This document shows, one piece after another, positions 1 through 8,923 of a stretch of 64,000 nucleotides of DNA. A program made the translations under genes and the position numbers. The notes beneath the pieces are model-generated. The model saw only the letters and a program-made list of their open reading frames with translations. It had not been told where the DNA came from and searched no databases. The stretch lies in the IMG/VR virus record IMGVR_UViG_3300044492_000179; one strand, given 5' to 3'. Position 1 is the first letter of the stretch. Every line of letters starts with the position of its first letter. The stretch comes from a virus.

Positions 1-780
1 TTTGGTGCTCGGCGAGCGTTGGGCTGGATACCCTTCCAGAGACAGAGTCGTCAAACCTGCGGGAACAGCATTACCTATCTCGGCAAGCGCTACCGCTTCT
101 GGGAAAGCGACAGGCCGCTACCCGAGAACGCCAAGGGCGGATGCTTCGTCGAGGATACGCTTGGCCGCTGGTACGTGTGCTTTTACATTGAGGTTGATCT
201 ACCTGCAGGCGGCAATGACGCGATCGGCGTTGACCTTGGCCTGAAATCGCTGGCGACGCTCAGCGATGGCCGCAAGATCGAGGCGCCGCAACACTATCGG
301 CAGCACGAGCAACGCCTGGCTTTGGCGCAGCGCGCCAATAATAAGCAGCGTACCCGGCGCATCCACGCCAAGATCAAGAATTGCAGACGGGATTTTCTGC
401 ACAAGGAAACGACGAAGCTGCACCGCGAACACGCGCTCATCGCGGTCGGCAATGTCAACGCACAACAGCTCGCAAAGACGCGGATGGCGAAGTCCGTGCT
501 CGATGCCGGCTGGTCTGCTTTCCGCTCCATGCTGAAATACAAATCAGCGGGATATGTGGAGGTAGACGAAAAGTTCACGACCCAAACCTGTTCGACGTGC
601 GGATCACTTCCGCCTTCGCGGCCGAAAGGTATCGCAGGCCTTGGAATAAGAGCGTGGGACTGTTCCGACTGTGGCGCGAGCCACGACCGCGACGTGAACG
701 CGGCTCGGAATATTCTCGCGCTCGCGCTCAGTGTCGAGCGTCCTGTTGAGGAAAGCCGGAGGGCAACATGCCACGGATAG
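1..780 (+). CDS. tnpB: TnpB-family RNA-guided nuclease (IS200/IS605-type), 5' end outside window
   Basis: Frame open from base 1. RuvC-I GVDLG, C-terminal CxxC...CxxC zinc finger (CSTC/CSDC), RuvC-III DRDVNAARNI. RuvC-II position reads IAVGNVN, with a Glu downstream in VDEKFTTQ. Confidence 0.9.
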   Translation, partial: FGARRALGWIPFQRQSRQTCGNSITYLGKRYRFWESDRPLPENAKGGCFVEDTLGRWYVCFYIEVDLPAGGNDAIGVDLGLKSLATLSDGRKIEAPQHYRQHEQRLALAQRANNKQRTRRIHAKIKNCRRDFLHKETTKLHREHALIAVGNVNAQQLAKTRMAKSVLDAGWSAFRSMLKYKSAGYVEVDEKFTTQTCSTCGSLPPSRPKGIAGLGIRAWDCSDCGASHDRDVNAARNILALALSVERPVEESRRATCHG

Positions 781-1097
781 GCACGCGCACGCATCAGGCG
801 CACGCCGAACTGATCGCCAAGCTCGCGGCGGCCAAGCCCACCCGCATCATCACCGAGCGCGGCGCCGACGAAACCGACATCGCGCTGCGCGAAATGCACA
901 TCCGCGCCGTGACGGGCAACTATCTCAAATACCTCCAGGCGGTCATCGAGGACATGAACGAGCACCTCGTCGCCGGCGAGAAGGTCGACTGCGGGCAGTT
1001 CATCTCGGCCTTTGTCGATGTCGCCAGCGACTATCTCTACGCACCCATGCGCGCAGCGGCCAACGCGACCGAAGCCGAGCGGGAGTGGGTGGCATGA
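768..1097 (+). CDS. Hypothetical phage protein
   Basis: 109-aa ORF; its stop overlaps the next ATG (ATGA coupling at 1094-1097). Confidence 0.65.
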   Translation: MPRIGTRTHQAHAELIAKLAAAKPTRIITERGADETDIALREMHIRAVTGNYLKYLQAVIEDMNEHLVAGEKVDCGQFISAFVDVASDYLYAPMRAAANATEAEREWVA

Positions 1098-2026
1098 CCG
1101 TCGAGCGCATTCAAATTCAGAGCCGCGATCAGTGGCTGGCCGCGCGCAAGCAGGATGTGACCGCTTCAACTGCGGCTGGATTGCTTGGCCTGCATCCATA
1201 CGTCACCCCGTACGCGCTCCATCAATTCAAGAGCGGTGCGATTGCTGACGATACCGACGAGACACAGCCGATGCGCCGTGGAAGGCTTTTGGAGCCTGTC
1301 GCGGTTCAGATGATCCGCGAGGATTATCCCGACATCAAACTCGATGACTACCCAGTCGGGTATTACTATCGCGACCCCGAGCACCGCATCGGCGCAACAC
1401 CAGACCTGCTGGCAACGGACGCCAAAGGCCGGCTCGGTGTCGTGCAAATCAAAAATTGCGAGCCCTCAATCTTCCGCCGCGACTGGCGCGGAGAGAACGG
1501 CGGCGTCGATCCGCCACTGTGGATCGTGGTGCAAGCCCTCATCGAGGCCTACCTGACCGGCGCCGAATGGGCGGCCGTCGCGCCGATGCGCGTCAGCTTC
1601 GGTGTTGAGATCGAACTCATCCCGATCCCGCTGCACGCCGGCATCATCGACCGCATCAAGTACGAAGTCGCCGAGTTTTGGGAGCGCGTGGAGCGCGGAA
1701 CGCCGCCTGACCCAGACTATGGAAAGGATGGCGCGCTGATCGCCAAGCTTTTCCCGAAAGACGACGGCAGCGAAATCGATTTGAGCGCGGACAACATGGC
1801 CCCGCAGCTCGTTGCCGACCTCGAGCGCGCGCGCGCCGACAAGAAAGACGCCGAGACGCGCGAGAAAATCGCAAAGACGGGCATCAACGAGAAGATGGGC
1901 CCTGCCCGCTTCGCGCGCCTCGCCGACGGCCGTCGCATCTCAAACTCCACCATCGACCGTAAGGCCTACGAGGTCGCGGCCACGTCTTTCCGAATGATCA
2001 AAATATTAAACGGGAGAGCCGCATGA
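1094..2026 (+). CDS. YqaJ/lambda-exonuclease-like recombination nuclease
   Basis: WLAARKQDVTAS..LLGLHPY, MRRGRLLEP, IGATPD and VQIKN motifs of the YqaJ family. ATG at 1094 is coupled to the upstream stop. Confidence 0.85.
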   Translation: MTVERIQIQSRDQWLAARKQDVTASTAAGLLGLHPYVTPYALHQFKSGAIADDTDETQPMRRGRLLEPVAVQMIREDYPDIKLDDYPVGYYYRDPEHRIGATPDLLATDAKGRLGVVQIKNCEPSIFRRDWRGENGGVDPPLWIVVQALIEAYLTGAEWAAVAPMRVSFGVEIELIPIPLHAGIIDRIKYEVAEFWERVERGTPPDPDYGKDGALIAKLFPKDDGSEIDLSADNMAPQLVADLERARADKKDAETREKIAKTGINEKMGPARFARLADGRRISNSTIDRKAYEVAATSFRMIKILNGRAA

Positions 2027-2931
2027 ACGCGCCAATCAAGACGCCGGCGATTGGCGACAACCGGCCCGCGCTAATCACCGCCGACCAGCTGGCGAAGGAC
2101 TTCGCGCACATTGAGGCGTTCGTGGCCGGCCTTGAGGCTGCAGCGAAGGACGTTGCCCCCGTCGTTGAAGATGACGACGACCTCGCCATCATCAATGCGC
2201 TGGTGCCCAAGCTGCGCGCCGGCGCCAAGCGTTGCGACGAGGTTCGCGACCAGGAGAAGCGGCCCTACCTCGACGCCGGCACCACGGTGCAAACCTTTTT
2301 CAAGGCGCTTGAAACCCGCCTGCTCACGCTCAAGACCGATCTCGAGAGCCGCGGCGGCCGATACCTCAAGAAGAAGGCCGACGCCGAGCGCATCGCGCGC
2401 GAGGAAGAATCCCGCAAAGCCCGCGAGGAAGAAGCTCGCCAGCGCGCTGCAGCCGAAGCCGCGGAGGCCGCAGCACGGCGCGCGCGCGAAGCCGCTGAGA
2501 AGGCGGAGGCTGACCGCGCCAAGGCCGCAGCGATGGCCGATGCGAGGGCGCTGGAGAAAGCAGCACAGGCGAAGGCCGCAGCTGATGCTGAGGTCGCCGC
2601 AGCGACGGCGCGCGCGCAGGCCGAGCAGAAAGCCGCGAGCGAAGCGACGGCCCAGACCGCGGCGACAGAAAAGGCCGCGACGGCGAAGGCCGCGGATCTG
2701 GCACGTACGCACACCGCCGGCGGGACGAGCACTTTGATCGAGGCATTCGAGCCGAAGGTCGACGATTTCACCAAGGTCGATTTGCTCGCGATCCGGGCCT
2801 TCATTCGAGAAGACGAGATCATGTTGGCGCTACGCGCCTACGCGCGCGCGAACAAGGACGAGCTCAAAGCCGGCCGCGCCAAGATCAACGGCGTGACGTT
2901 CGTGCTCACCACGAAAGGAAGTTTTCGATGA
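2023..2931 (+). CDS. Coiled-coil Ala/Glu/Lys-rich phage protein in recombination cluster
   Basis: 302-aa ORF with ATGA overlaps on both sides and a long A/E/K/R helical tract. Confidence 0.7.
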   Translation: MNAPIKTPAIGDNRPALITADQLAKDFAHIEAFVAGLEAAAKDVAPVVEDDDDLAIINALVPKLRAGAKRCDEVRDQEKRPYLDAGTTVQTFFKALETRLLTLKTDLESRGGRYLKKKADAERIAREEESRKAREEEARQRAAAEAAEAAARRAREAAEKAEADRAKAAAMADARALEKAAQAKAAADAEVAAATARAQAEQKAASEATAQTAATEKAATAKAADLARTHTAGGTSTLIEAFEPKVDDFTKVDLLAIRAFIREDEIMLALRAYARANKDELKAGRAKINGVTFVLTTKGSFR

Positions 2932-3986
2932 CCACCACCGAAGTCGCAGTCCAGCAGGCTAGCAACGTCGCAGCGTTGCCGACGCGCCATCTCGTGCCAT
3001 CAACCGATCTGTTCTCCGACCCAGCGGCCTTCGAACACGCGCAGCGAGTTGCCAAGGTCTTTGCCTCGTCAAAACTCGTCCCGCAACACATGCAGGGCAA
3101 CACGGCCGACTGTCTTATTGCGCTCCAGATCGCACGCAGGCTCAATGAAGAGCCTCTGACAGTCATGCAGCAAATCTACATCGTGAACGGCCGCCCCGGT
3201 TGGTACACGAGCTACATGATCTCGCGCGTCAACCGCGCTGGGATATTAAAAGGCCCAATCACATGGGAAGAGGCGGGTGAGGGCGACGCGCTCACTGTGA
3301 CTGCAAAGGCAGTGCTCGCAGCCACTGGAGAAGAAATCCGCGCGTCTGCGGACATGCGGATGGCAGCCGCCGAGGGATGGACCAAAAACGCCAAATACAA
3401 AAGCATGCCAGCCCATATGCTGCGCTGGCGCTCGGCCGCGATGCTGATCCGCCTTTACGCCCCCGAGGTCATGCTCGGCATGCCGGCCGTCGAAGAACTC
3501 GAGACGATGCCCAAGATGCGGGACGTGACGCCTGCGAAAAACCTAGCCGATAAGCTCGACGCTCTCGCCAAAATCCCCGACAAGCCTGCCCCGGCGGAAG
3601 CGGCCGAGACGCACGACCCCGACACGGGCGAAATCACCGACGAGCAAGGTTCGCAGCAGGAAGCGCCGAACGCACCTGCGGCGGGCCAGCCGGCTTCCGA
3701 TCCTGATCCCTCCCAAAGGAAATCAGAACAACCGGGAGCCGGCGCGGCCGCTCGTGCCGAGAAAGACGACGGCCCGAAAACCGCGGCGGCTTATCTGCAA
3801 AACACCCACGCATGGATCGAAAACCTGCTCGACGCCGACGCTGGCGAGAAGCGATGGAAAGCCGAGAAGGCGCAGCGGAATAAGCTGAACGTCGATCCCG
3901 ACGACCGTGACCGGCTTGATGCCGAATTGAAGGCGAAGATCGCGGCGCTGCGCGGCGGGACAGCCAGCCAAAAGCAAGTCGTGTGA
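2928..3986 (+). CDS. RecT-like single-strand annealing protein
   Basis: AQRVAKVFASSKLVP, GNTADCLIA, IYIVNGRP and MLRWRSAAMLIRLYAPEVMLG resemble RecT/Redbeta-type annealases; lies downstream of the exonuclease. Confidence 0.7.
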   Translation: MTTTEVAVQQASNVAALPTRHLVPSTDLFSDPAAFEHAQRVAKVFASSKLVPQHMQGNTADCLIALQIARRLNEEPLTVMQQIYIVNGRPGWYTSYMISRVNRAGILKGPITWEEAGEGDALTVTAKAVLAATGEEIRASADMRMAAAEGWTKNAKYKSMPAHMLRWRSAAMLIRLYAPEVMLGMPAVEELETMPKMRDVTPAKNLADKLDALAKIPDKPAPAEAAETHDPDTGEITDEQGSQQEAPNAPAAGQPASDPDPSQRKSEQPGAGAAARAEKDDGPKTAAAYLQNTHAWIENLLDADAGEKRWKAEKAQRNKLNVDPDDRDRLDAELKAKIAALRGGTASQKQVV

Positions 3987-4075
3987 TGCACTGACTGCGG
4001 CGTGAGCTCGCCGCAGTAGGGGCAACATGCTCGAAACCGCGGACATTGTGATCCGCAAACAAACGGAGACTTCAG

Positions 4076-4486
4076 ATGAATACCACTGGCACCAATACCA
4101 ATGGCCGCTCGCTGGCGACGCCACCGCCGCTCCCGGCCACCAAAAAGGACTTGCTCGCCCAGCGCGTCGGTCAGATGCGACGGACGCTGAACGACATGGT
4201 CGAGGAATCGCATATCGCTCTTTACGGTGACGATCGGTATGTCGCCTTCCTCAACGCCGTTTACGACGAGCAGGCGGTAGAAGGTTCGCTGTCGGCCGAC
4301 AACATCATGGCCGCGACCATGATCCGCGACCACGCCAAGAAGAATGGTGGCGGTCAGTTGGTCAATGAGAAGCTGGCAACGATCAGCAAGGCACTCGGCG
4401 TTGTTATGCGGCGTTACGAGATCAGCCGCAAGGAACGCCGCGACATGATCCATGGCGAAACAGTGCCGGGCAACAACGGTGATTGA
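4076..4486 (+). CDS. Hypothetical protein
   Basis: 136-aa ORF with upstream GGAG-like RBS. Confidence 0.6.
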   Translation: MNTTGTNTNGRSLATPPPLPATKKDLLAQRVGQMRRTLNDMVEESHIALYGDDRYVAFLNAVYDEQAVEGSLSADNIMAATMIRDHAKKNGGGQLVNEKLATISKALGVVMRRYEISRKERRDMIHGETVPGNNGD

Positions 4487-4569
4487 TTGAGGCGCCGGGG
4501 TTAATAGCTCCGGCACTCTTTCCTTTAGCGCGGGCATGGTGTCCCGCAGTTATTAAGCAGGAGATAGTT

Positions 4570-5487
4570 ATGAAATGCGTATGTCCGATGGGTGGCGATC
4601 GAACCTGCCCCGACAACTGTGTCATCGCCACATGGCATGGCATGCCGGAAGATCAAAGGACAAAAGAGCGTCGTCGCCCTTTAGTCGAGATACTTGCTAA
4701 GCAGGGTTACACCCAGGAAGCGATTGCAATGCAGCTTGGCGTGAGCCACCAGACGGTTGGTCGCGATCTTGAGACATTGTCCATCGTGGACAATGTCAAA
4801 GGGCAAGGCAAAGACACGCTTGGGCGAAAGAAGAGTACCGGCCGCCCAAAGGGCAGACAACGCAAGACCACGGCCGATCAGGACGCACAGATTGCCGGTG
4901 CGATTTTGGACAGCGGCAAAACCTATGAGCAAGCGCAACAAGAATTTGATGTCAGCAACACAGTAGTGCGGCGCGCAGTGGCGCAAGAGCAAGGGCGCCG
5001 AGAAGCGCAGGCCGACCCACCGATTGATCCGGCCACGCTGTCGCTATCGGCGCAAGAAAAACTGGCGGCGGCTATGCGCCAGTATCAACGCAAGCTCGAT
5101 GCCAAGTATGAAAAGGATTTGCGCGACGGTATCCAGAAAGCCGTGGAAGATGCCGTTCTGCCGCACTACGAAGAGAAGATTGCGCTAAGCGAGCAGATAA
5201 CCAAAGCCCGTCAAGGGCTCATGAAAAAATCCGACTACAACAAGATCAGATTCTGTTTGCATCCCGACCAGTACATGAACCGCACACCGGAACAACGCAA
5301 CGCTGCGAGCCAGTTGTGGGAAGAGTTGGAGGTCGTGCTGGTCAGTGAGGCTGAGAAGCCCACCGACACATTCAAGATGCCAAAGACCTATGCCGAATTG
5401 TTGGCGCGCAAGCAGGCAGCGCAGGAAAAGCGAAAGACGAGGCGCGGACCGGGCCACCAGTCGCTGGCCGCGACGGAATGCGGATAA
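4570..5487 (+). CDS. HTH-containing DNA-binding protein
   Basis: GYTQEAIAMQLGVSHQTVGRDL helix-turn-helix; second HTH-like KTYEQAQQEFDVSNTVVRRA; RBS GGAG before ATG 4570. Confidence 0.7.
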   Translation: MKCVCPMGGDRTCPDNCVIATWHGMPEDQRTKERRRPLVEILAKQGYTQEAIAMQLGVSHQTVGRDLETLSIVDNVKGQGKDTLGRKKSTGRPKGRQRKTTADQDAQIAGAILDSGKTYEQAQQEFDVSNTVVRRAVAQEQGRREAQADPPIDPATLSLSAQEKLAAAMRQYQRKLDAKYEKDLRDGIQKAVEDAVLPHYEEKIALSEQITKARQGLMKKSDYNKIRFCLHPDQYMNRTPEQRNAASQLWEELEVVLVSEAEKPTDTFKMPKTYAELLARKQAAQEKRKTRRGPGHQSLAATECG

Positions 5488-5873
5488 TGCAACCCCGGCT
5501 TTTCAACATGCGCCTTCACGCGACAGTCATTGCGCTCGCCATGGTCCCGCTCGGGCTGTTTGCGCTCGCGAGCTACGGCAAGCCGCAGAAGCCAGTAGTG
5601 CCGATCGAGCAGCCGACCGTGCTGCGCGCGGTCAAGACCGACAGCTTTCGCGCGCCTGTAGTCACCGCCGAATTCAAAGCCACACCATTCACGCCGGTCC
5701 TAGTCGAGCGTCCGGTCGTGACGGAGGAGGCTCGGTCCATCCCCGCCTCCGGGCCTCCTCCACCACAGTCAGTCAAGAAGAAGACCCGGTTGGCGTACCG
5801 ATCGGACGACATCTGTACGCGACACGGGATGTATCGCGTGAATTACGGCCGCCGATGGCGGTGCCGGAAATGA
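5478..5873 (+). CDS. Membrane-anchored Pro-rich protein with C-terminal Cys pair
   Basis: N-terminal hydrophobic segment, Pro-rich linker, ends DICTRHG...GRRWRCRK; paralogous in layout to 55458-55826. Confidence 0.65.
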   Translation: MRIMQPRLFNMRLHATVIALAMVPLGLFALASYGKPQKPVVPIEQPTVLRAVKTDSFRAPVVTAEFKATPFTPVLVERPVVTEEARSIPASGPPPPQSVKKKTRLAYRSDDICTRHGMYRVNYGRRWRCRK

Positions 5874-5899
5874 TCTCAACCCAGAAGGACTATCACCCC

Positions 5900-6727
5900 A
5901 TGAGGAAACTACTTGCAGCAACCACCTTGGTACTCGCCATGGCGGCACCGGCCCACGCCCACCTGATCCTGTTCGACAACCCGAACCAACCGAACTCCGG
6001 GGACGCTGTGTCCCAGTCGTTCGTCGACTTCGGGGCACAGGGCTTCGGCAACAGCCCGGCGGCACTGACCCTGCAATCCAATGGCTCCCAGATCGGCAGC
6101 GTCACGCCGAGTATCACGGGAACCGCTGTCGTTCACGATCAGGCCATCGCCGGGAGCAACAAAGCCGCAACCCCAACGCTGACCGACTTGGGTTGGCTCG
6201 GCGGCAGCGTCGTTGCCATCGGCTACAACAGCAATCAAAGCAACCAGACCGGCATTACGCTCCAGCAACTGGCGCTGACGGTCTACAGTGGAACGACGGC
6301 GCTCGCCTCGTTCAGCCTCGCCACAAACCTGATCCCGCTGCAGTTTACGGCAGCCGACCTGCAACTGCAGGAAGGCCACGGCAACGCGATCTTCGGGTTC
6401 GTGCTGGACACGCAAGAGCGCGCTCAGTTCAACGCACTCGTCGCCCTGACCGGCAGCGGTGATTTCCGGGTTGGCCTGGCCGCCAACATGGGATGCTTCG
6501 GGGCTGCGGGCAACGACCCGAATTGCCAAGTCTCGAACGACGGCGCCGACACGTTCTATCTCATCGCCCGCGGCAACCCGATCATCAACCCGACCTGCCC
6601 GGATTGCGTCATCAACCCGGTCGACGTCGTTCCCGGCCCGGTGGCCGGTGCCGGTCTGCCGGGGCTGTTCGCCGCCTGCGTCGGGCTGTGGGGCTGGCGG
6701 CGCCGCCGTCACGCGCCTGTGGCGTAG
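5900..6727 (+). CDS. Secreted protein with PEP-CTERM-like (VPGP) C-terminal sorting signal
   Basis: Signal peptide MRKLLAATTLVLAMAAPAHA; tail VPGPVAGAGLPGL + hydrophobic helix + RRRR. Confidence 0.85.
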   Translation: MRKLLAATTLVLAMAAPAHAHLILFDNPNQPNSGDAVSQSFVDFGAQGFGNSPAALTLQSNGSQIGSVTPSITGTAVVHDQAIAGSNKAATPTLTDLGWLGGSVVAIGYNSNQSNQTGITLQQLALTVYSGTTALASFSLATNLIPLQFTAADLQLQEGHGNAIFGFVLDTQERAQFNALVALTGSGDFRVGLAANMGCFGAAGNDPNCQVSNDGADTFYLIARGNPIINPTCPDCVINPVDVVPGPVAGAGLPGLFAACVGLWGWRRRRHAPVA

Positions 6728-6766
6728 TCACCTTGTCTCAGTCTCACCTCATTGGAGTTTACCTTC

Positions 6767-7462
6767 ATGAAGAAGCTGCTGCTGTTCACGACCGCTGCAC
6801 TGATCGCCACGCCGGTGGCGGCCACCGCAGACATGGCGTTGCGCCTGCAAGACGGCGCGCTCGTCCAGGATTTCTTTTCTGCGCCTGGAGCGAGTTCGTT
6901 CACCGGGCCGACCGACTTCGCGTTTGGAGATTTCACGATCTCCAACATCACGGGATCGACGACGCCGTCGACCACTGCCCCGGTGCTGTTGTCGACGAAC
7001 ACCTTGGACCTTCAGTCCACGGACATCGGATCGCACGTCCTCGACATCTTCGTCACCGGCAACAATTTGTTGTTCCCGACGGGCATCAACAACACCTTCT
7101 CGGGCTTCACCAGCGTTTCGTTGTCGGACGGCTGGACCTCGTCGTTGTCTACTTTGCTCGACACCGGCAATGGCAACTTCACCGGGTCGTTGGTTGACAG
7201 CATCGTGTTCAACGGCAACGGCATCTCGACGTTCTCCAACAACCAGACCGCCCTGGCGGACTTCGGTACTGGGCCGTACTCGATCACGGCGCACTACCAG
7301 ATCACGACCAACGGCACCGGACAGGCCAACAGCGGCATCCAGTTCGCCGCCGCGGCAGTCCCCGGCCCGGTCGTTGGCGCCGGCCTGCCCGGCCTGATCG
7401 CCGCGGGTCTGTTCATGGTCGGCCTCGCCAAACGTCGCCGCAACCGATCAGCTCAGGCCTGA
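6767..7462 (+). CDS. Secreted Ser/Thr-rich protein with PEP-CTERM-like (VPGP) sorting signal
   Basis: Signal peptide MKKLLLFTTAALIATPVAATA; tail VPGPVVGAGLPGL + TM + KRRR; RBS GGAG at 6754. Confidence 0.85.
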   Translation: MKKLLLFTTAALIATPVAATADMALRLQDGALVQDFFSAPGASSFTGPTDFAFGDFTISNITGSTTPSTTAPVLLSTNTLDLQSTDIGSHVLDIFVTGNNLLFPTGINNTFSGFTSVSLSDGWTSSLSTLLDTGNGNFTGSLVDSIVFNGNGISTFSNNQTALADFGTGPYSITAHYQITTNGTGQANSGIQFAAAAVPGPVVGAGLPGLIAAGLFMVGLAKRRRNRSAQA

Positions 7463-7560
7463 CGGGCCCTCTGCCCACTGCCCTCCCGTCAGCATGAGGG
7501 CGCGTGCGGGTCTATGTGCCGCGTCCCGCACGCGCATCATGCTCTGCTGGAGCTGCCCGC

Positions 7561-7698
7561 ATGATCGAATATGAGTTCATGACGATGGGGCAAATCCCGT
7601 TTGGCTATATCGCCGGCTTTGGGATCGTCGTGTTGGCGCTAGTGGTACTGGCCGCCTACGGGTGGCTCGTCGCGGTAGCGCGGATAATGGGATCGTGA
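7561..7698 (+). CDS. Small membrane protein (duplicated at 63098-63235)
   Basis: MIEYEFMTMGQIPFGYIAGFGIVVLALVVLAAYGWLVAV, one TM segment. Confidence 0.55.
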   Translation: MIEYEFMTMGQIPFGYIAGFGIVVLALVVLAAYGWLVAVARIMGS

Positions 7699-7847
7699 CC
7701 ACCCGTCCCGAGATCCGCGAAAAATCACCGCGCTACTGGAAGACCGGCCGCAAGCTCAGCGCCAAGCGGATCGCCGAGAACGAGCGCGCCGCAGAACTCA
7801 GCCGGTGGATCAAGGAAGAACTCGCCAGGGCCAAAACCGAGATCTAA
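7695..7847 (+). CDS. Small basic protein (duplicated at 63232-63384)
   Basis: GTG start overlapping the upstream stop; 50 aa. Confidence 0.5.
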   Translation: MTTRPEIREKSPRYWKTGRKLSAKRIAENERAAELSRWIKEELARAKTEI

Positions 7848-7861
7848 GCCGAGGAGAAAAA

Positions 7862-8089
7862 ATGACCGTCACTTATGAAACGCGGTGCGACAAAGTCGAT
7901 TGGGACAATCTCAAAACGGAAGTTATCACAAAGCTCGAATACCTTCGCATGGCCTGGGCGGCTTCGGAGCAGGGCGCGCCGACTGAATTGCATAGGAAAA
8001 TTGTTAACGATCTTTATGTCCCGGCTATTCGCCTGTTAGCGGAGTTTTGCGCGTGTCTCGAAGTGGATGAAGCACCGGACGACCAATGA
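7862..8089 (+). CDS. Hypothetical protein (duplicated at 63399-63626)
   Basis: Strong RBS GAGGAG before ATG; 75 aa. Confidence 0.65.
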   Translation: MTVTYETRCDKVDWDNLKTEVITKLEYLRMAWAASEQGAPTELHRKIVNDLYVPAIRLLAEFCACLEVDEAPDDQ

Positions 8090-8106
8090 GCCAATCCAAA
8101 TGAACA

Positions 8107-8295
8107 TCAAGATCGCGCTGCCCCGCATGCCGGCAAGCTTGGCCAAGGCGCTCGATCTTGTCTGTCGGCGATCTTGATCGGGCGCGGAAAACCATGCTCG
8201 CGCTGCTTGCGCATCAGATCGGTGCGGTTTTTCACGAGGCCGGCGCGCACAAGGCCGTCAAACCGAAAACCTTCGGCGCTCGGAAGATCATTCAT
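8107..8295 (-). pseudogene. AlpA/excisionase-like regulator, 3' end replaced at the repeat boundary
   Basis: GLVKNRTDLMRKQREHGFPRPIKIADR matches the AlpA-type FPxPIKI motif; sequence switches into the 720-bp repeat at 8157/8158. Confidence 0.55.
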
Positions 8296-8379
8296 TTGTG
8301 ACGCCCTCCAACAAAATCAGAGCGTCATCGAAATAGCATCACACCCACATCACTGTGCAGCCGGGACGAAATCATTTAG

Positions 8380-8494
8380 TTTCGAGCAGGACACCAGCAG
8401 CCCGGTGCAAATGAAGTTGTCGGAATTGCCAGCAGCGCTTGCCAATCCGAGCGCTCTGGCAGGGTTGAGGCAGAAGCAGGCGCCGCCAAAGTGA
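8380..8494 (+). pseudogene. C-terminal fragment paralogous to the gene at 10744-11001, opposite orientation
   Basis: FEQDTSSPVQMKLSELPAALANPSALAGLRQKQAP versus FVQQDTSDPVQIPLSELPAALANPSVLVGLRKKRAP. Confidence 0.7.
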
Positions 8495-8910
8495 CTTGTC
8501 GCAAGTGCGAGGAAAGGCGGCGACGACTTGGCGCAGCTTTGCGCGCGTCGTTCCCACCAGCATGGTCAACCAAATCGATGACAATCACCCGGAGTCTGAT
8601 GGTGGTCGTTCTTGTCGTTGTCACGACGCTGGCTTGCGTCGGCAGTGGTTATTTGTTGGCGGAAGCTCAGCAGCCATTGGAGTTGCCACCACCAGCACTG
8701 TCCAAATACGAACAGCAAATTATCGAGTACGATCGCGCGGCAATTGTCAGTGCCTACAAGGAGCAAATTCACCACCTGTTTTTGACCTGGGCCAAAGATG
8801 ATCGCGACCAGCCCAGAAGAGCTACCATTGGCGCTCGGCGTGCGCGATTGATGTTCGAGCGCTCGATGCTGGCACTCGAAGAGCGCGAGCGACTTTATCG
8901 CGGCAGATAA
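8491..8910 (+). CDS. Membrane-anchored protein in lysis region (start uncertain, possibly 8578)
   Basis: Hydrophobic VVVLVVVTTLACVG segment followed by a helical soluble domain; directly upstream of the endolysin. Confidence 0.55.
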   Translation: MTCRKCEERRRRLGAALRASFPPAWSTKSMTITRSLMVVVLVVVTTLACVGSGYLLAEAQQPLELPPPALSKYEQQIIEYDRAAIVSAYKEQIHHLFLTWAKDDRDQPRRATIGARRARLMFERSMLALEERERLYRGR

Positions 8911-8923
8911 TGGAGACGCAGCA

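Larger units (their letters stand above)
7438..8157. repeat. 720-bp direct repeat, copy 1
   Basis: Line-by-line match to 62975-63694 (offset 55,537); one difference seen (T7517 vs C63054). Confidence 0.95.

Noticed and set aside
1-780. Nuclease-dead TnpB (TldR-like repressor)
   Set aside because: Both Asp residues are intact and an alternative Glu is present, so loss of catalysis is not supported.
755-4030. GGGCAACATGC shared between the TnpB 3' flank and 4020-4030 as a guide-target pair
   Set aside because: Only 11 nt and both are RBS-plus-start contexts; too short to support targeting.
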